From contig OZ024740.1 of the NCBI GenBank assembly GCA_964016885.1, positions 32,736,001 to 32,800,000 of the forward strand: a stretch of DNA of 64,000 nucleotides, given 5' to 3'. Origin of the DNA: Eledone cirrhosa. Its lineage: Eukaryota. Under the pieces are notes generated by a model. It saw only the letters and a program-made list of their open reading frames with translations, was not told where the DNA came from and did not search any database. Shown piece after piece: positions 24,611 to 36,309 of this stretch. Each line of letters starts with the position of its first letter. The stretch's first letter is position 1. The position numbers were made by a program, and so were the translations under genes.

Positions 24611-26405
24611 TTGTGCAGTAGCATCATTGTCAACTGCTACAAAGGTAAAGGTGATGCACTAGATAGAGGAAACTATAGAGGTATAAAGCTAATGGACCAG
24701 GTCATGAAAGTAACAGAAAGAGTTATAGCACAGTTGATTCGGGACCGGGTGAAACTAAATGAGATGCAATTTAGGTTTGTGCCAGGAAGAGGCACCACAG
24801 ATGCCCTCTTCCTTGTAAGGCAGTTACAGGAAAAGTACCTAGCTAAAAGTAAGCCACTCTACCTGGCATTCGTCGATCTTGAGAAAGCCTTTGACAGAGT
24901 TCCCCGTGCTATAATCTGGTGGGCTCTTAGAAAACTAGTAGTAGATGAATGGCTTGTGAAAGCTGTACAAGCCATGTATAGGGGAACAGTCAGCAAAATT
25001 AGGATGAGCAATGAGTATAGCGAGGAATTTAGCGTACAGGTCGGTGTCCACCAGGGCTCTGTTCTTAGCCCTCTCCTGTTCATCATAGTCCTGCAGGCAA
25101 TAACGGAGGAGTTTAAGACTGGATGCCCATGGGAACTCCTGTATGCAGATGACCTCGCACTTACAGCTGAATCTATGGTAGAACTAGAGAAGAAATTCCA
25201 AACTTGGAAGCAGGGACTAGAAAGAAAGGGTCTCAAAGTCAACCTGACAAAGACTAAGGTCCTTGTAAGTAGACGAGAAAACAGAACCCAGATCCCCTCA
25301 GGGAAATGGCCTTGCTCAGTATGTAGGAAAGGTGTAGGTAGGAACTCCATTCTCTGCCCCAAATGCAAACAATGGGTACACAAGAGATGTAGCGGGATCT
25401 CAGGAAGCTTAACTAAGAATGTAGGCTTCACATGTAGCAGCTGTGCTGGGACAGCAAGCAAAAAACAGCCACAGGAAACAAGTACCACAAATCTCTGGGA
25501 GGGCTCTGTAGAAACAGTAGACAGCTTCTGCTACCTAGGTGATCGAATTAGCAGCGGAGGTGGGTGTTCGGAAAGTACAATAACTAGGGTAAGAACGGGA
25601 TGGAAGAGGTTCAGGGAGCTATGCCACTGCTAGCTGCAAAAGGCTTTTCCCTCAAAATGAAAGGTAGACTGTATGATGCTTGTATATGAACAGCAATGTT
25701 ACATGGTAGTGAGACCTGGGCGCTGTCTGTGGAAGACTTGCGTAGATTAGAAAGAAACGAAGCCTGCATGCTCCGATGGATGTGTAATAGTAATATACGC
25801 GAACGGCAAAGCATAAATGAATTGAGAGAGAGACTGAGCATAGGAGGAATCAAATGCTGTGTGCAGGAGAGGCAGTTGCGTTTGTATGGACATGTGATGC
25901 GTATGAAGGATGACTGCTGCATAAAAAGGTGCAGAGCACTAGAAGTCGATGGAAACCGCGGTGTGGGGAGACCCAATAAGACCTGGGATGAAGTGATAAA
26001 AGCCAACCTTACCCAATTACACTTCTCAAAGGCGATGACACACGACCGTGACCTCTGGCGTCACGCAGTAATACAGAAGACCCGACCCCCCACAGGTACA
26101 CGCCGAAGCTGAAGCATATAGACAATATGCCCCCACACCAATATGCCTCCCACTGCAAAGCACTCGGCCCACATTGTAAAGTGGATGTGTAGGCGCCACA
26201 GAAAAAAAGCACCCAGCACTCACTGTAAATGAGGTTGGTGTTAGGAAGGGCATCCAGCTGTAGAAATCAAGCCAGAATCAGTTCCCGTATGAGCAAGACA
26301 AGGTCAGCTGACCAGACACTGCCCACAACAGGACAACCCGTCTAACCCATGCTAGCATGGAAGAATGGATGTAAAACGGTGATGATGATGATGATGATGA
26401 TGATG
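24611..26405 (+). mobile_element. 5'-truncated RTE-clade LINE (RT, embedded PHD-type finger, C-terminus, 3' UTR)
   Basis: NYRGIKLM, FVDLEKAFDRV, GVHQGSVLSP, YADDL, C4HC3 finger, FCYLG, LHGSETW, GRPNKTW. Frameshift at ~25620 and stop at ~25688. (GAT)n tail. Confidence 0.93.
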
Positions 26406-26989
26406 AATTTAGAATGACTATTTTTTGCAAGCAACATCAACCAGAACCCGTTTAATTTAAATAAGGAAAAGAGTTCATTTTTTTTAAAAATATAATTTTA
26501 TTGTTTCAATTTTCTATAAAAAAAAAAAAAAAGAAAAAAAAAAAGAAACCTTTCCAACTGAACTTTTCAAGTCTATCAAGTTAAAAGATAACTGTAACTG
26601 GGCAAAATATAATTTCTTAAAGTGTTAAAGTAAGTGTTTTTTTAAATTAAAATTAGCAGAATAACCGGATACAGCAGACAGCCAGACATACAGACAGATA
26701 TTATAAGGGCGCGACGTTATATGTATGTATCTATCTAAAAAGAGAAAGACTAAGAATTATAGAGAGAGATCGCTAAATCACCTAATGCGGTCCCTAGGGC
26801 ATTGAAAATTTGAAATTTGTTTTGCTCAGAACACTCCCTGAAACATAAGTATCACATGTGTAAAGTTTGAAAACAGTCGGTTGGGTGCTTCTCTAGTTTT
26901 AGGGATTCAAACTCACAAACTTAGTATGTCCATTTCATAGTAAGTGAATGGGTATATAAGCCCATCAAATACATGTTTCCATGTAGTTG

Positions 26990-27170
26990 TTTAGATGATA
27001 TACACATCTTCTGATGAGAACCCAACTAGGCCTGAAACGCCTAAAGGTGTTAATCTTCTTTTTTTTTTTTACAGTGAAATTCATAATTTCTGGCATGTTT
27101 ACATGTCTTATACACATAACTCTATCGTACATTTTGGCTGCTTAGCACACTTCTTAATCTATATCATTTT
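26990..27170 (+). mobile_element. Probable Penelope-like remnant with degenerate minimal hammerhead (27004-27050)
   Basis: acatctt-CTGATGA-...-GAAAcgccTA-aaggtgt, with paired stem I. Related sequence at 37445-37560. Confidence 0.5.
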
Positions 27171-28399
27171 AAAACAAAAAGTTAATCTATCTATGTTTCA
27201 CATTGAGGGTTATAGTTTTGCATGTAAGTAGCTGAAATCTTTCCATAGGGGCACATCTTTTCAAGGAGAGAATGTTATAAGCTGTGTGAATTTGTTTAAC
27301 TTGAAAACAACAAAAAAAAAAAAAACTTAAATCTCTTAAAAATGAAGGATATATACTTAATATAGAAGGGAAACAGAGAATGAACATGTACATATTTATT
27401 TAAGTGGTGGAGATGGGAGATAAATAATCAGAACCAATTAAAAAGATATTTTGTTTCGATATTCACTCCATTTCAGAACATGTAGTCTACATGTGTTTAG
27501 TTGTTGCCAGATTGGGCTAAAAATAGCCTTACTGAGACTACATGCTACTATCATCTTAATTTGGCAAACTTTCTATTGTAAAATTTTAATTTTCAAAGTT
27601 ACGAATCCCATAGAATATTATATTTAATTAGCAACTAAATAAATAGAATTGACCCACAGGTAGTATATATCTTCTACTCCCTCCAAGCGTGAAACTAATA
27701 AGACTGTATTTTTGCATGTTTGTTTTATCATTTCTTGACCACCACACACACACACTGTAAAGTGGCTGGTGTTAGGGACATAAAACAATAGAAACCATGC
27801 AAAAAGTTGGGACATATAAGCATAATATAGTTGCTGAATAAGAACAAAGTTCGCCCATGCCAACTTGTCTAAATCATACCATCATCATCATCATCATTTA
27901 ACATCCATTTTCCCTGCCTGCAAGGGTTGGACATGTCATTACAGATCAGCCTGTATTCAAGCGGAAGCCTGTCAGGGGTCCTGACATACTATCCCATGCT
28001 CTACCAAGTGTATTTTATTGTGGTACCAACACTAGGGAAGTAGCCAAGTCCTTGGCATATCTGAAGAGATTTCCTGATGTGTGTGTGTAAGGGATTTAAA
28101 ATGGTGTGTAAGGGATTTAAAATGATGATGATGACAGCATATACATTTTCTTTTTTTCCTTTTCTGCAGATTCCTAAGTTTTAAACATTGGGTTTAAGGT
28201 TAAGAGTTAAAGGCTAAGCCTAGGAGTTTGTTTCGGATATTCAATTTATGAAAAAAATATTTTCCATAATTGTCATCTCATCTCCAATGTTAAAAATATA
28301 GATCTAAAAAAAGTTTAGAAAATAATGAAAAATAACACCAGGAGTGGGGGTAATTCTCTCTCTCCCCTCTCCATATATATAAATATATATATATGCAGA

Positions 28400-28753
28400 G
28401 GTTATATTTAATTTGTTGGGATTCAACAAGCTTAAAAATGTTATAACTGATATAAAGCACTCAACAGTTTAGTGGAGTAAATATTCAATATATTAATAAA
28501 TGGAAACTATATTTATAATATATATTTCAAGGGCAACCAAGGCAAATTATGGTGCACTTTCATCAGATAAAATACTACCCCGCAAACCTCAACCGTTAAG
28601 GTTGTCTTTATGCGGGTATGTCAATATTTATTTATAAAACAAATTTGTATTTTATCTGATGAAAGCGCACCATAATTTGCCTTGGTTGTCCTTGAAATAT
28701 ATATAATAAATAATTATGGTTTTATAAATATAGTTTCCATTTATTAATATATT
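28400..28753. mobile_element. Penelope-like fold-back element with hammerhead motifs (diverged relative of 35665-36091)
   Basis: Imperfect inverted repeat 28487-28753 containing CTGATGA...GAAATATATATA; flanked by (TA)n. Confidence 0.65.
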
Positions 28754-29969
28754 AAATATATATATAGTTTACAAGCGAAATCTTCATTTTGGATTATGCT
28801 CTAAGACAATCCACTACTTTTTGAATATTTTGTATTAGTGATTCTGTTTTGTTTTCATTACATATCCAAAGTGTAGTGAATTCATGTATTATTTTAGGTA
28901 TTAATAAAGCTAAACAAGGTCAGGTATTACAACTAGTTTCAATATAATCATCATTATAGTAATATCAAAAAGTAAATTTCCTCAAGATTTTAAAAATAAT
29001 TACACCCAATCCACACTCAACTTCTAATTGTTTCTTATAATGGTTGATGAAAAAAAAAAGGCATCTGATTATTCCTAAATTTTAATCTAGTATGAATGCT
29101 GTTCACAGTGAATAAGCCACTGAAAATACTTTCATGTTGAATAAACCCATGGAAGAAAGAAAAAAGCTTTTAAATTCTCTTCAGGGTTTCTTATAATAGG
29201 ACAGGATTATATAAGGTTTACATGTTCATTAATGGATATTGATTGCAATGAACAATGATTAAGAAAAAGAAAACTACTACTACTACTACTACTACTACTA
29301 CAATTGGTCGTTGTTGTCATACCTACACTGCTACCTCACACTTGAAAATAGATATTTTATTTTAAATATTCAACTACTTAGTAGTAAATTATTTCGCATT
29401 CAAACTTGAATGTTTTTAATTCATTAAAGGTAAGATAAAGGTTAGTATAATATCATTGATAACTACAAGAATGAAATCAAATTACATGAATAAATCTTGA
29501 AATTTATTGAGGTGTTTGGATGATTTGAAATCCAAACAGAATTGTAATAGTTAATAAAGTGTTAGAAAATCAGGTAAAATACACTTAAGGACAGAAAAAA
29601 AGCAGCTGCCAGCCACTTTTTTCTGTCCCATTTTACTCTTCCTAACACTTTATCATTTATAACAATTCTGTGTTTATATTAATGCTTTTGGACAGAAAAC
29701 ATAATAATCAGATTTATAATAAAGTTACAAAAGTTCAATTAAATTGTTGGACAACGCAATTCAATTTTATATTAACAAAATCTAAGTAGCATTTTTCTTC
29801 CAAGAAATAAAATAGATAAGAACCTAATCCAAAGACAAATTATACTCACTATCTCTTTTTTTATGCTCACTACTCCCTTTGGTAGACCCTCTACAGCTGA
29901 TATATCTACTTTTAACAATATATAACATTCAAGTGATGCTACAGTGCTAAAATTAAAAGTATCTTTTCA

Positions 29970-30038
29970 TACTTTTTGATGAGTTGTAGTGCACCTGAGC
30001 ACTATACACAATATTTCATTATTATTATTATTATTATA
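29970..30038 (+). mobile_element. CR1 extreme 3' tip
   Basis: gatgagttgtagtgcacctgagcact...tttcattattatt, matching the ends of the other CR1 copies. Confidence 0.85.
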
Positions 30039-30151
30039 TACAAACTCAAATTCTCCATTTTTCCCAGATCCCCTAAAAAAATTTAATAATTGGTTTGTAA
30101 AATAATTGGATTATAATATTTTATCTGTATAGTTTGAAAATGTTTTAAGGA

Positions 30152-30154
<3 letters not shown>

Positions 30155-30239
<85 letters not shown>
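30155..30239. repeat. (TG)n microsatellite
   Basis: About 42 perfect TG units. Confidence 0.98.
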
Positions 30240-30242
<3 letters not shown>

Positions 30243-31418
30243 AAACAAATTGTGCTTTATACAATTAATATTTTTAGTCTAAAAAAAATAAAAAAGGATT
30301 ATGTAAATTAAATAGTTTAATTGTATTTTTTTTTCAGCTGCTAGTTAAGTATGATAAAAGATGCATGTTACATACATATGAAAGCTGAAGTACATTAGTA
30401 CTGGTTGATAATATCCCAGCCAGTAATAAATCCATTACAATGTCAGCAGCCTGGTTTTAAGCAGCTAATAGGTTGCAAGTCTGATATCAAATCAATATAG
30501 ACTATTTGCAAGGAGAGAGGGTCTTATGTAAGAGATAAAAATCGGTGGCAGGTTTTCCTTTACTCCAATGTTTTCCCTCCCACCCACTCTCTTCAAGTTT
30601 CATGTTAGCTGGTATTATCTAAGACAGATAGATGTACTATAAATTGGCTGGCCATCAACTTGACATTTGCTCTACAACATATGCAACAATACAAAATTAA
30701 TCAAATTATCTGCACTAAAGAGATATTTTTTGTAGCTATTTCTTATAAGAATTTAAAAACAGAGCTTCAAAAGGTCAAAAATCTTTCTTAAAGTTAAATA
30801 AGATAGTATTGCTATGGCAATACAATTGTCAAGAATCAACTGATGATAAAGAATACTAATCATCATCATCATTTAATATACATTTCTGAGTTAGAAGTGT
30901 CTTTACAGACCAAATCAATACTCAAGTTGAGCTAGTGACCTCTCAGGTGTCACCAACACTAAAGAGGTTGTGAAGATTCTAGCTTCTGGTGTGTCGGGAT
31001 TTTAGCGGATATAGTAAAGGAGTTAAGCATGAAAAGGGTGAGGCATGTACAGTTATGGCTAGGAAGGATAGTTACAAATGGAAGGGAGGGTGGGGATTAT
31101 ATGGATGGGGAAAGACACACTTCTGATATATCCAAAACTAGAAATCAGTGAGGAGCAACTAGATAAGTGTCAATAAATGACTTGACACATTGTTAAGTTT
31201 CTAAGTTAATAAGTCTGATTGATGATAATCATTAGTTAAACTGATTAGCAAGACCAAATGATTCTAATACTAAAAAAAAAAAGCAGTTTAAAAATGTCAT
31301 TAACACAAGATATTAACATCTTTGTTGACTATAAAAATAATAATTACATTATTATTATTACTGTGGCAAGTGACACTGTTTTGGTGAATCTGCAATTTTT
31401 TTCATGAATAGTCTATTG

Positions 31419-31578
31419 CAGGGTTTCCCAAACTTTTTCAAATGCTGAACCCTTTTTGGTTCAGAAACTTTTTTATATGGTCCTAATATAAATATACTCT
31501 ACTTTTTTCACAGAACTCCAGATACTCCTTTGTGGATCCCTTGGGTTCTGCAAAACCCACTTTGGGAACCACTCACTG
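31419..31578. mobile_element. hAT (Buster/Charlie-type) MITE
   Basis: TIR cagggtttcccaaa / tttgggaaccact..ctg; 8-bp TSD gtctattg / ctctattg. Confidence 0.8.
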
Positions 31579-32051
31579 CTCTATTGGAACACCCCACTAA
31601 CACAAGACTAATCATCATAGATATCTATTTAATTTTTTTTTATAAATCTTAATACTTTATACCAAAAGAAAATGTAAAATAAAATTAATAAAATATATAA
31701 TTAACTTCAAAATATTGGTAGAAAAAATTAAAATATTTTGAATATAATCAAATGTCTGCCGATGTTATATTAACTACACTAAAAACATTTGTTGATTACA
31801 TATAAATTGAACAATAATAGACAGTGTTGTTCCCTCTTAAAGAATTCTAGCACCACCACCCTCTGTAAACTGTAGAGCACAATATAATTGCATAAGTATG
31901 TTTACTCAACAGAAGAAATTAGGTGATATTACATTGGAGACAACATCAAAATAAATTCATTTAAAAAAAATAGTCTTAATTGCAAATAGAGTCACTATCT
32001 GATAATATAACAATAGCTAGATGTTAAAATGTTGACCCCAATGGGGCAACA

Positions 32052-33110
32052 AAATATAACTACCAATTAACTAGTAACAATATAAGCACCAATTAACTAG
32101 TAACAATATAACTACCAATTAACTAGTAACAATATAAGCACCAATTAACTAGTAACAATATAAGCACCAATTAACTAGTAACAATATAAGCACCAATTAA
32201 CTAGTAACAATATAAGCACCAATTAACTAGTAACACTATAACTACCAATTAACTAGTAACACTATAACTACCAATTAACTAGTAACAATATAAGCAGCAA
32301 TTAACTAGTAACAATATAAGCAGCAATTAACTAGTAACAATATAAGCACCAATTAACTAGTAACAATATAAGCACCAATTAACTAGTAACAATATAAGCA
32401 CCAATTAACTAGTAACAATATAAGCACCAATTAACTAGTAACAATATAAGCACCAATTAACTAGTAACAATATAAGCACCAATTAACTAGTAACAATATA
32501 AGCATCAATTAACTAGTAACAATATAACTACCAATTAACTAGTAACAATATAACTACCAATTAACTAGTAACAATATAACTACCAATTAACTAGTAACAA
32601 TATAAGCACCAATTAACTAGTAACAATATAAGCACCAATTAACTAGTAACAATATAAGCACCAATTAACTAGTAACAATATAAGCACCAATTAACTAGTA
32701 ACAATATAACTACCAATTAACTAGTAACAATATAAGCACCAATTAACTAGTAACAATATAAGCACCAATTAACTAGTAACAATATAAGCAGCAATTAACT
32801 AGTAACAATATAAGCACCAATTAACTAGTAACAATATAAGCACCAATTAACTAGTAACAATATAACTACCAATTAACTAGTAACAATATAAGCACCAATT
32901 AACTAGTAACAATATAAGCACCAATTAACTAGTAACAATATAAGCACCAATTAACTAGTAACAATATAAGCACCAATTAACTAGTAACAATATAAGCACC
33001 AATTAACTAGTAACAATATAAGCACCAATTAACTAGTAACAATATAAGCACCAATTAACTAGTAACAATATAAGCACCAATTAACTAGTAACAATATAAC
33101 TACCAATTAA
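32052..33110. repeat. 26-bp minisatellite, left homogeneous block (~40 copies)
   Basis: Unit ctagtaacaatataagcaccaattaa. Confidence 0.97.
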
Positions 33111-34401
33111 TCAACTTATCGAGTTCCTTGAAGACATTACCCGGATCACTGACAGTGGCTCATGGGTGGATGTTGTTTACCTTGACTTCGCTAAGGCTTT
33201 TAATTCTGTGCCACACAAAAGACTTATGGCGAAACTCTCTGCAATGGGTGTGAAGGATGATCTTTTTAACTGGTTGAAATCCTTCATTCTCAGCCGAAAA
33301 GAGGTAGTCACAGTTCTAGGACAGCATTCTTCACCACATGAGATGTCATCTGGTGTACCACAGGGATCTGTCCTTGGTCCCCTTTTGTTTGTTGCATACA
33401 TTAATGACATAGATGCCAACTTAAAGAATGCCACGGTACTGAAATATGCAGATGACATCAAGCTGTACCTTGAAATCAAAAAGACAGATCCTGAAATCTA
33501 TAACTCTTTCCTAAAATCAGATCTGGACACAATGCAGCATGGATCACAGACTGGCAACTGAAGCTGGCTGTGGACAAGTGTACCACCATGCATTTTGAGA
33601 GGAAAAATCCAGCGTCCACATACTCCCTCCACAACACTGATATCAAGAAGTCCTCTTGTGAACGTGACCTGGTCATTACTGTCAGCAGCGATTTGCGTTG
33701 GACAAAGCATGTCTCTAAGATTGTCAAGAAGGCCGAGGGTGTCTTGGCATCACTCAGCAAGACCTTTGTTAGCCGCTCTCCAGCCATCTATTTAAAACTG
33801 TATACAGCTATGGTACGACCACACTTGGAATTCGCATCATCAGTCTGGAACCCCTATCTTGCTCAGAACATTGACTTCCTGGAAACTGTTCAGAGACGTG
33901 CAACCAAGCGCATACCCTCCATCAGACACCTACCATACTCTGAACGCCTTGCTTCCCTGGGCATGGATTCATTAAAGCTCCGACGTCTGGCAATGGACTT
34001 GGTAAACACACACAAAGTTATTAACCATCTCGCCAACAACAACCCTGAGCACCTTTTTTATCTCCATGTGTCTAACACACGTGGACATGCCTACAAAGTC
34101 AGAAAACAGCACAGCTCCCATGACTTTCGGAAACATTTTTTCATGCTCAGACTTGCTGAAGCATGGAACAAACTGCCTGCGTTAGTTGTCGAGACTCTGC
34201 ATCCTTTAAAACCCTCATGCTTCCCAAAATTCACCAAAACTACACCTGATGTCCCCCTTCCATACATATGCACACATGTATATCATGACTCATGCACTGT
34301 TCATTTTCCTGACGTTTGTACAGTACCCTATGTACTATACATACACTTTTGATGAGTTGTAGTGCACCTGAGCACTGTACACAATATTTTCATTATTATT
34401 A
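33111..34401 (+). mobile_element. 5'-truncated CR1-clade LINE (RT plus 3' UTR) inserted in the 26-bp array
   Basis: YLDFAKAFNSVPH, GVPQGSVLGP, YADDIKL, TRGH motifs; frameshift at ~33540; (ATT)n tail runs into the array. Confidence 0.93.
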
Positions 34402-34872
34402 TAACTAGTAACAATATAAGCACCAATTAACTAGTTAACAATATAACTACCATATACTAGTAACACTACAACCACCAATTAACTAATAACACTATAACTA
34501 CCAATTAACTAGTAAGAATATAACTAAAAATTAACTAGTAACAATATAACTACAAATTAACTAGTAATGTAACCACAAATAAACTAGTAACAATATAACC
34601 ACCAATTAACTAGTAAAAATATATCTACAAATAAACTAGTAACAATATAACCACAAATAAACTAGTAACAATATAACCACCAATTAACTAGTAAGAATAT
34701 AACCACCAATTAACTAGTAAGAATATAACCACCAATTAACTAGTAACAATATAACTACAAATTAACTAGTAACAATATAACTACAAATTAACTAGTAACA
34801 ATGTAAGCACCAATTAACTAGTAAGAATATAACCACCAGTTAACTAGTAAGAATATAGCCACCAATTAACAG
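34402..34872. repeat. 26-bp minisatellite, right diverged block (~18 copies)
   Basis: Same unit with more variants (ctacaaattaa, gaatataaccacc). Confidence 0.93.
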
Positions 34873-35289
34873 CAATTTAGAAAGACCAGATATGAACACA
34901 AGTGAATAACAAAATGTTAGCAACATCAAAAATATGATCTGAAGAGACAACATGCAACCCAACAAAATGTTGAAACTGGAAAAGAAAGAAATCGACCATT
35001 AGAGGGAGGGTAACTGTTGGATTTATCATCACCGCCACCATTTTACACCCAGTCCCAGAAAGCTTGCCAAAAATAGGGTTGAGAGGACCCTTCAGTTGTG
35101 TCAAAGAAATGACAAACTGTGCAGTAACATGAAACTTAAGTCACAAGAAAGAATTCAATTTCAATAATCATATTTCCTTCTTTTACAAACTGTGATATAT
35201 ATACACACACACACACACATATACATACAGATATACATACATACAGATACACACATATATACAAATGTACATATATATATGTTGTTGAA

Positions 35290-35563
35290 ACTGTGTGAGA
35301 TCTGAAGATAAATGTTCCAGTTATTTGATCAAAGAAGCCTTTGCGAGTGGCTGAGCAATCCACTGACGTGTATTCTGTGTAATTCTCGGGGAGAATCAAT
35401 ACGACAGTGTGTGACAAGGCTGGCCTTTCCAATTGCATGCACAATTCTTGATTGGACTGAAGGAACATAAGTGTCTTGCTCAAAGACAATGTACCAGTAT
35501 GAATCAAGTTAAAAACATTATGATCATGAGTCGAAATGCTTAACCACTAGGCCACATGCCTTC
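35290..35563 (-). mobile_element. tRNA/CORE-like SINE with a non-RTE 3' half
   Basis: Head gaaggcatgtggcctagtggttaagc and tgagcaagacactt as in 8088-8426, but a different 3' body (ggccagccttgtcacac...ctcagccactcgc). Confidence 0.7.
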
Positions 35564-35586
35564 ATTATATATATATACACACACAC

Positions 35587-35626
<40 letters not shown>

Positions 35627-35664
35627 CAGACACAGGCCTTTGACAGATATATATAAGCAAAAGG

Positions 35665-36091
35665 GATATTCAATTTGTTGGTAATTCAACAAATATAAAT
35701 GTTTATAACTGATTCAGAGCACTCGACAGATTTTCTGGAGTATAATATTCAATGATATTAAATAAATGGAAACTATATTTATAAAACCATATTTATTCTA
35801 TTATATATATTTCAAGGGTACCAAAACTTTGGTACGCTCTCATCAGATAAAATACAAAGTGTGTTTTATAAATATTGACATAACCAGAAAAAATACCTGA
35901 ACGGTTCAAGTTTTTCCTATCCAAGAAAAACTTGAACCGTTCAGGTATTTTTTCTGGTTATGTCAATATTTATAAAACACACTTTGTATTTTATCTGATG
36001 AGAGCGTACCAAAGTTTTGGTACCCTTGAAATATATATAATAGAATAAATATGGTTTTATAAATATAGTTTCCATTTATTTAATATCATTG
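35665..36091. mobile_element. Penelope-like fold-back element: perfect 167-bp inverted repeat with a hammerhead in each arm
   Basis: Arms 35750-35916 and 35925-36091 are exact reverse complements with an 8-nt loop. Extra one-sided extension 35665-35749. Flanked by (TA)n. Confidence 0.75.
35987..36047 (+). ncRNA. Minimal type I hammerhead ribozyme motif (mirror copy on minus strand at 35794-35854)
   Basis: Stem I tattttat/atagaata, core CUGAUGA, stem II gag-c-gtaccaaa/tttggtac-c-ctt, GAAA, palindromic stem III AUAUAUAU, predicted cleavage after AUA at 36039. Confidence 0.7.
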
Positions 36092-36309
36092 TATATATGT
36101 ACCTATATATATATTATTATATATATACCTATATATATATTATATTATATATATATCTTCAACAAACAAATTTATTGTATACTTTGGCTGTTTAGCACAG
36201 TATATTTTAAAATTAATTAGCAACGCTAACAATATACAAATTAATACTCCCATTTTTGGATACTACTATAAGCAAGAGGGTATATAAGCCCCTCAGTTAT
36301 ATATATATA

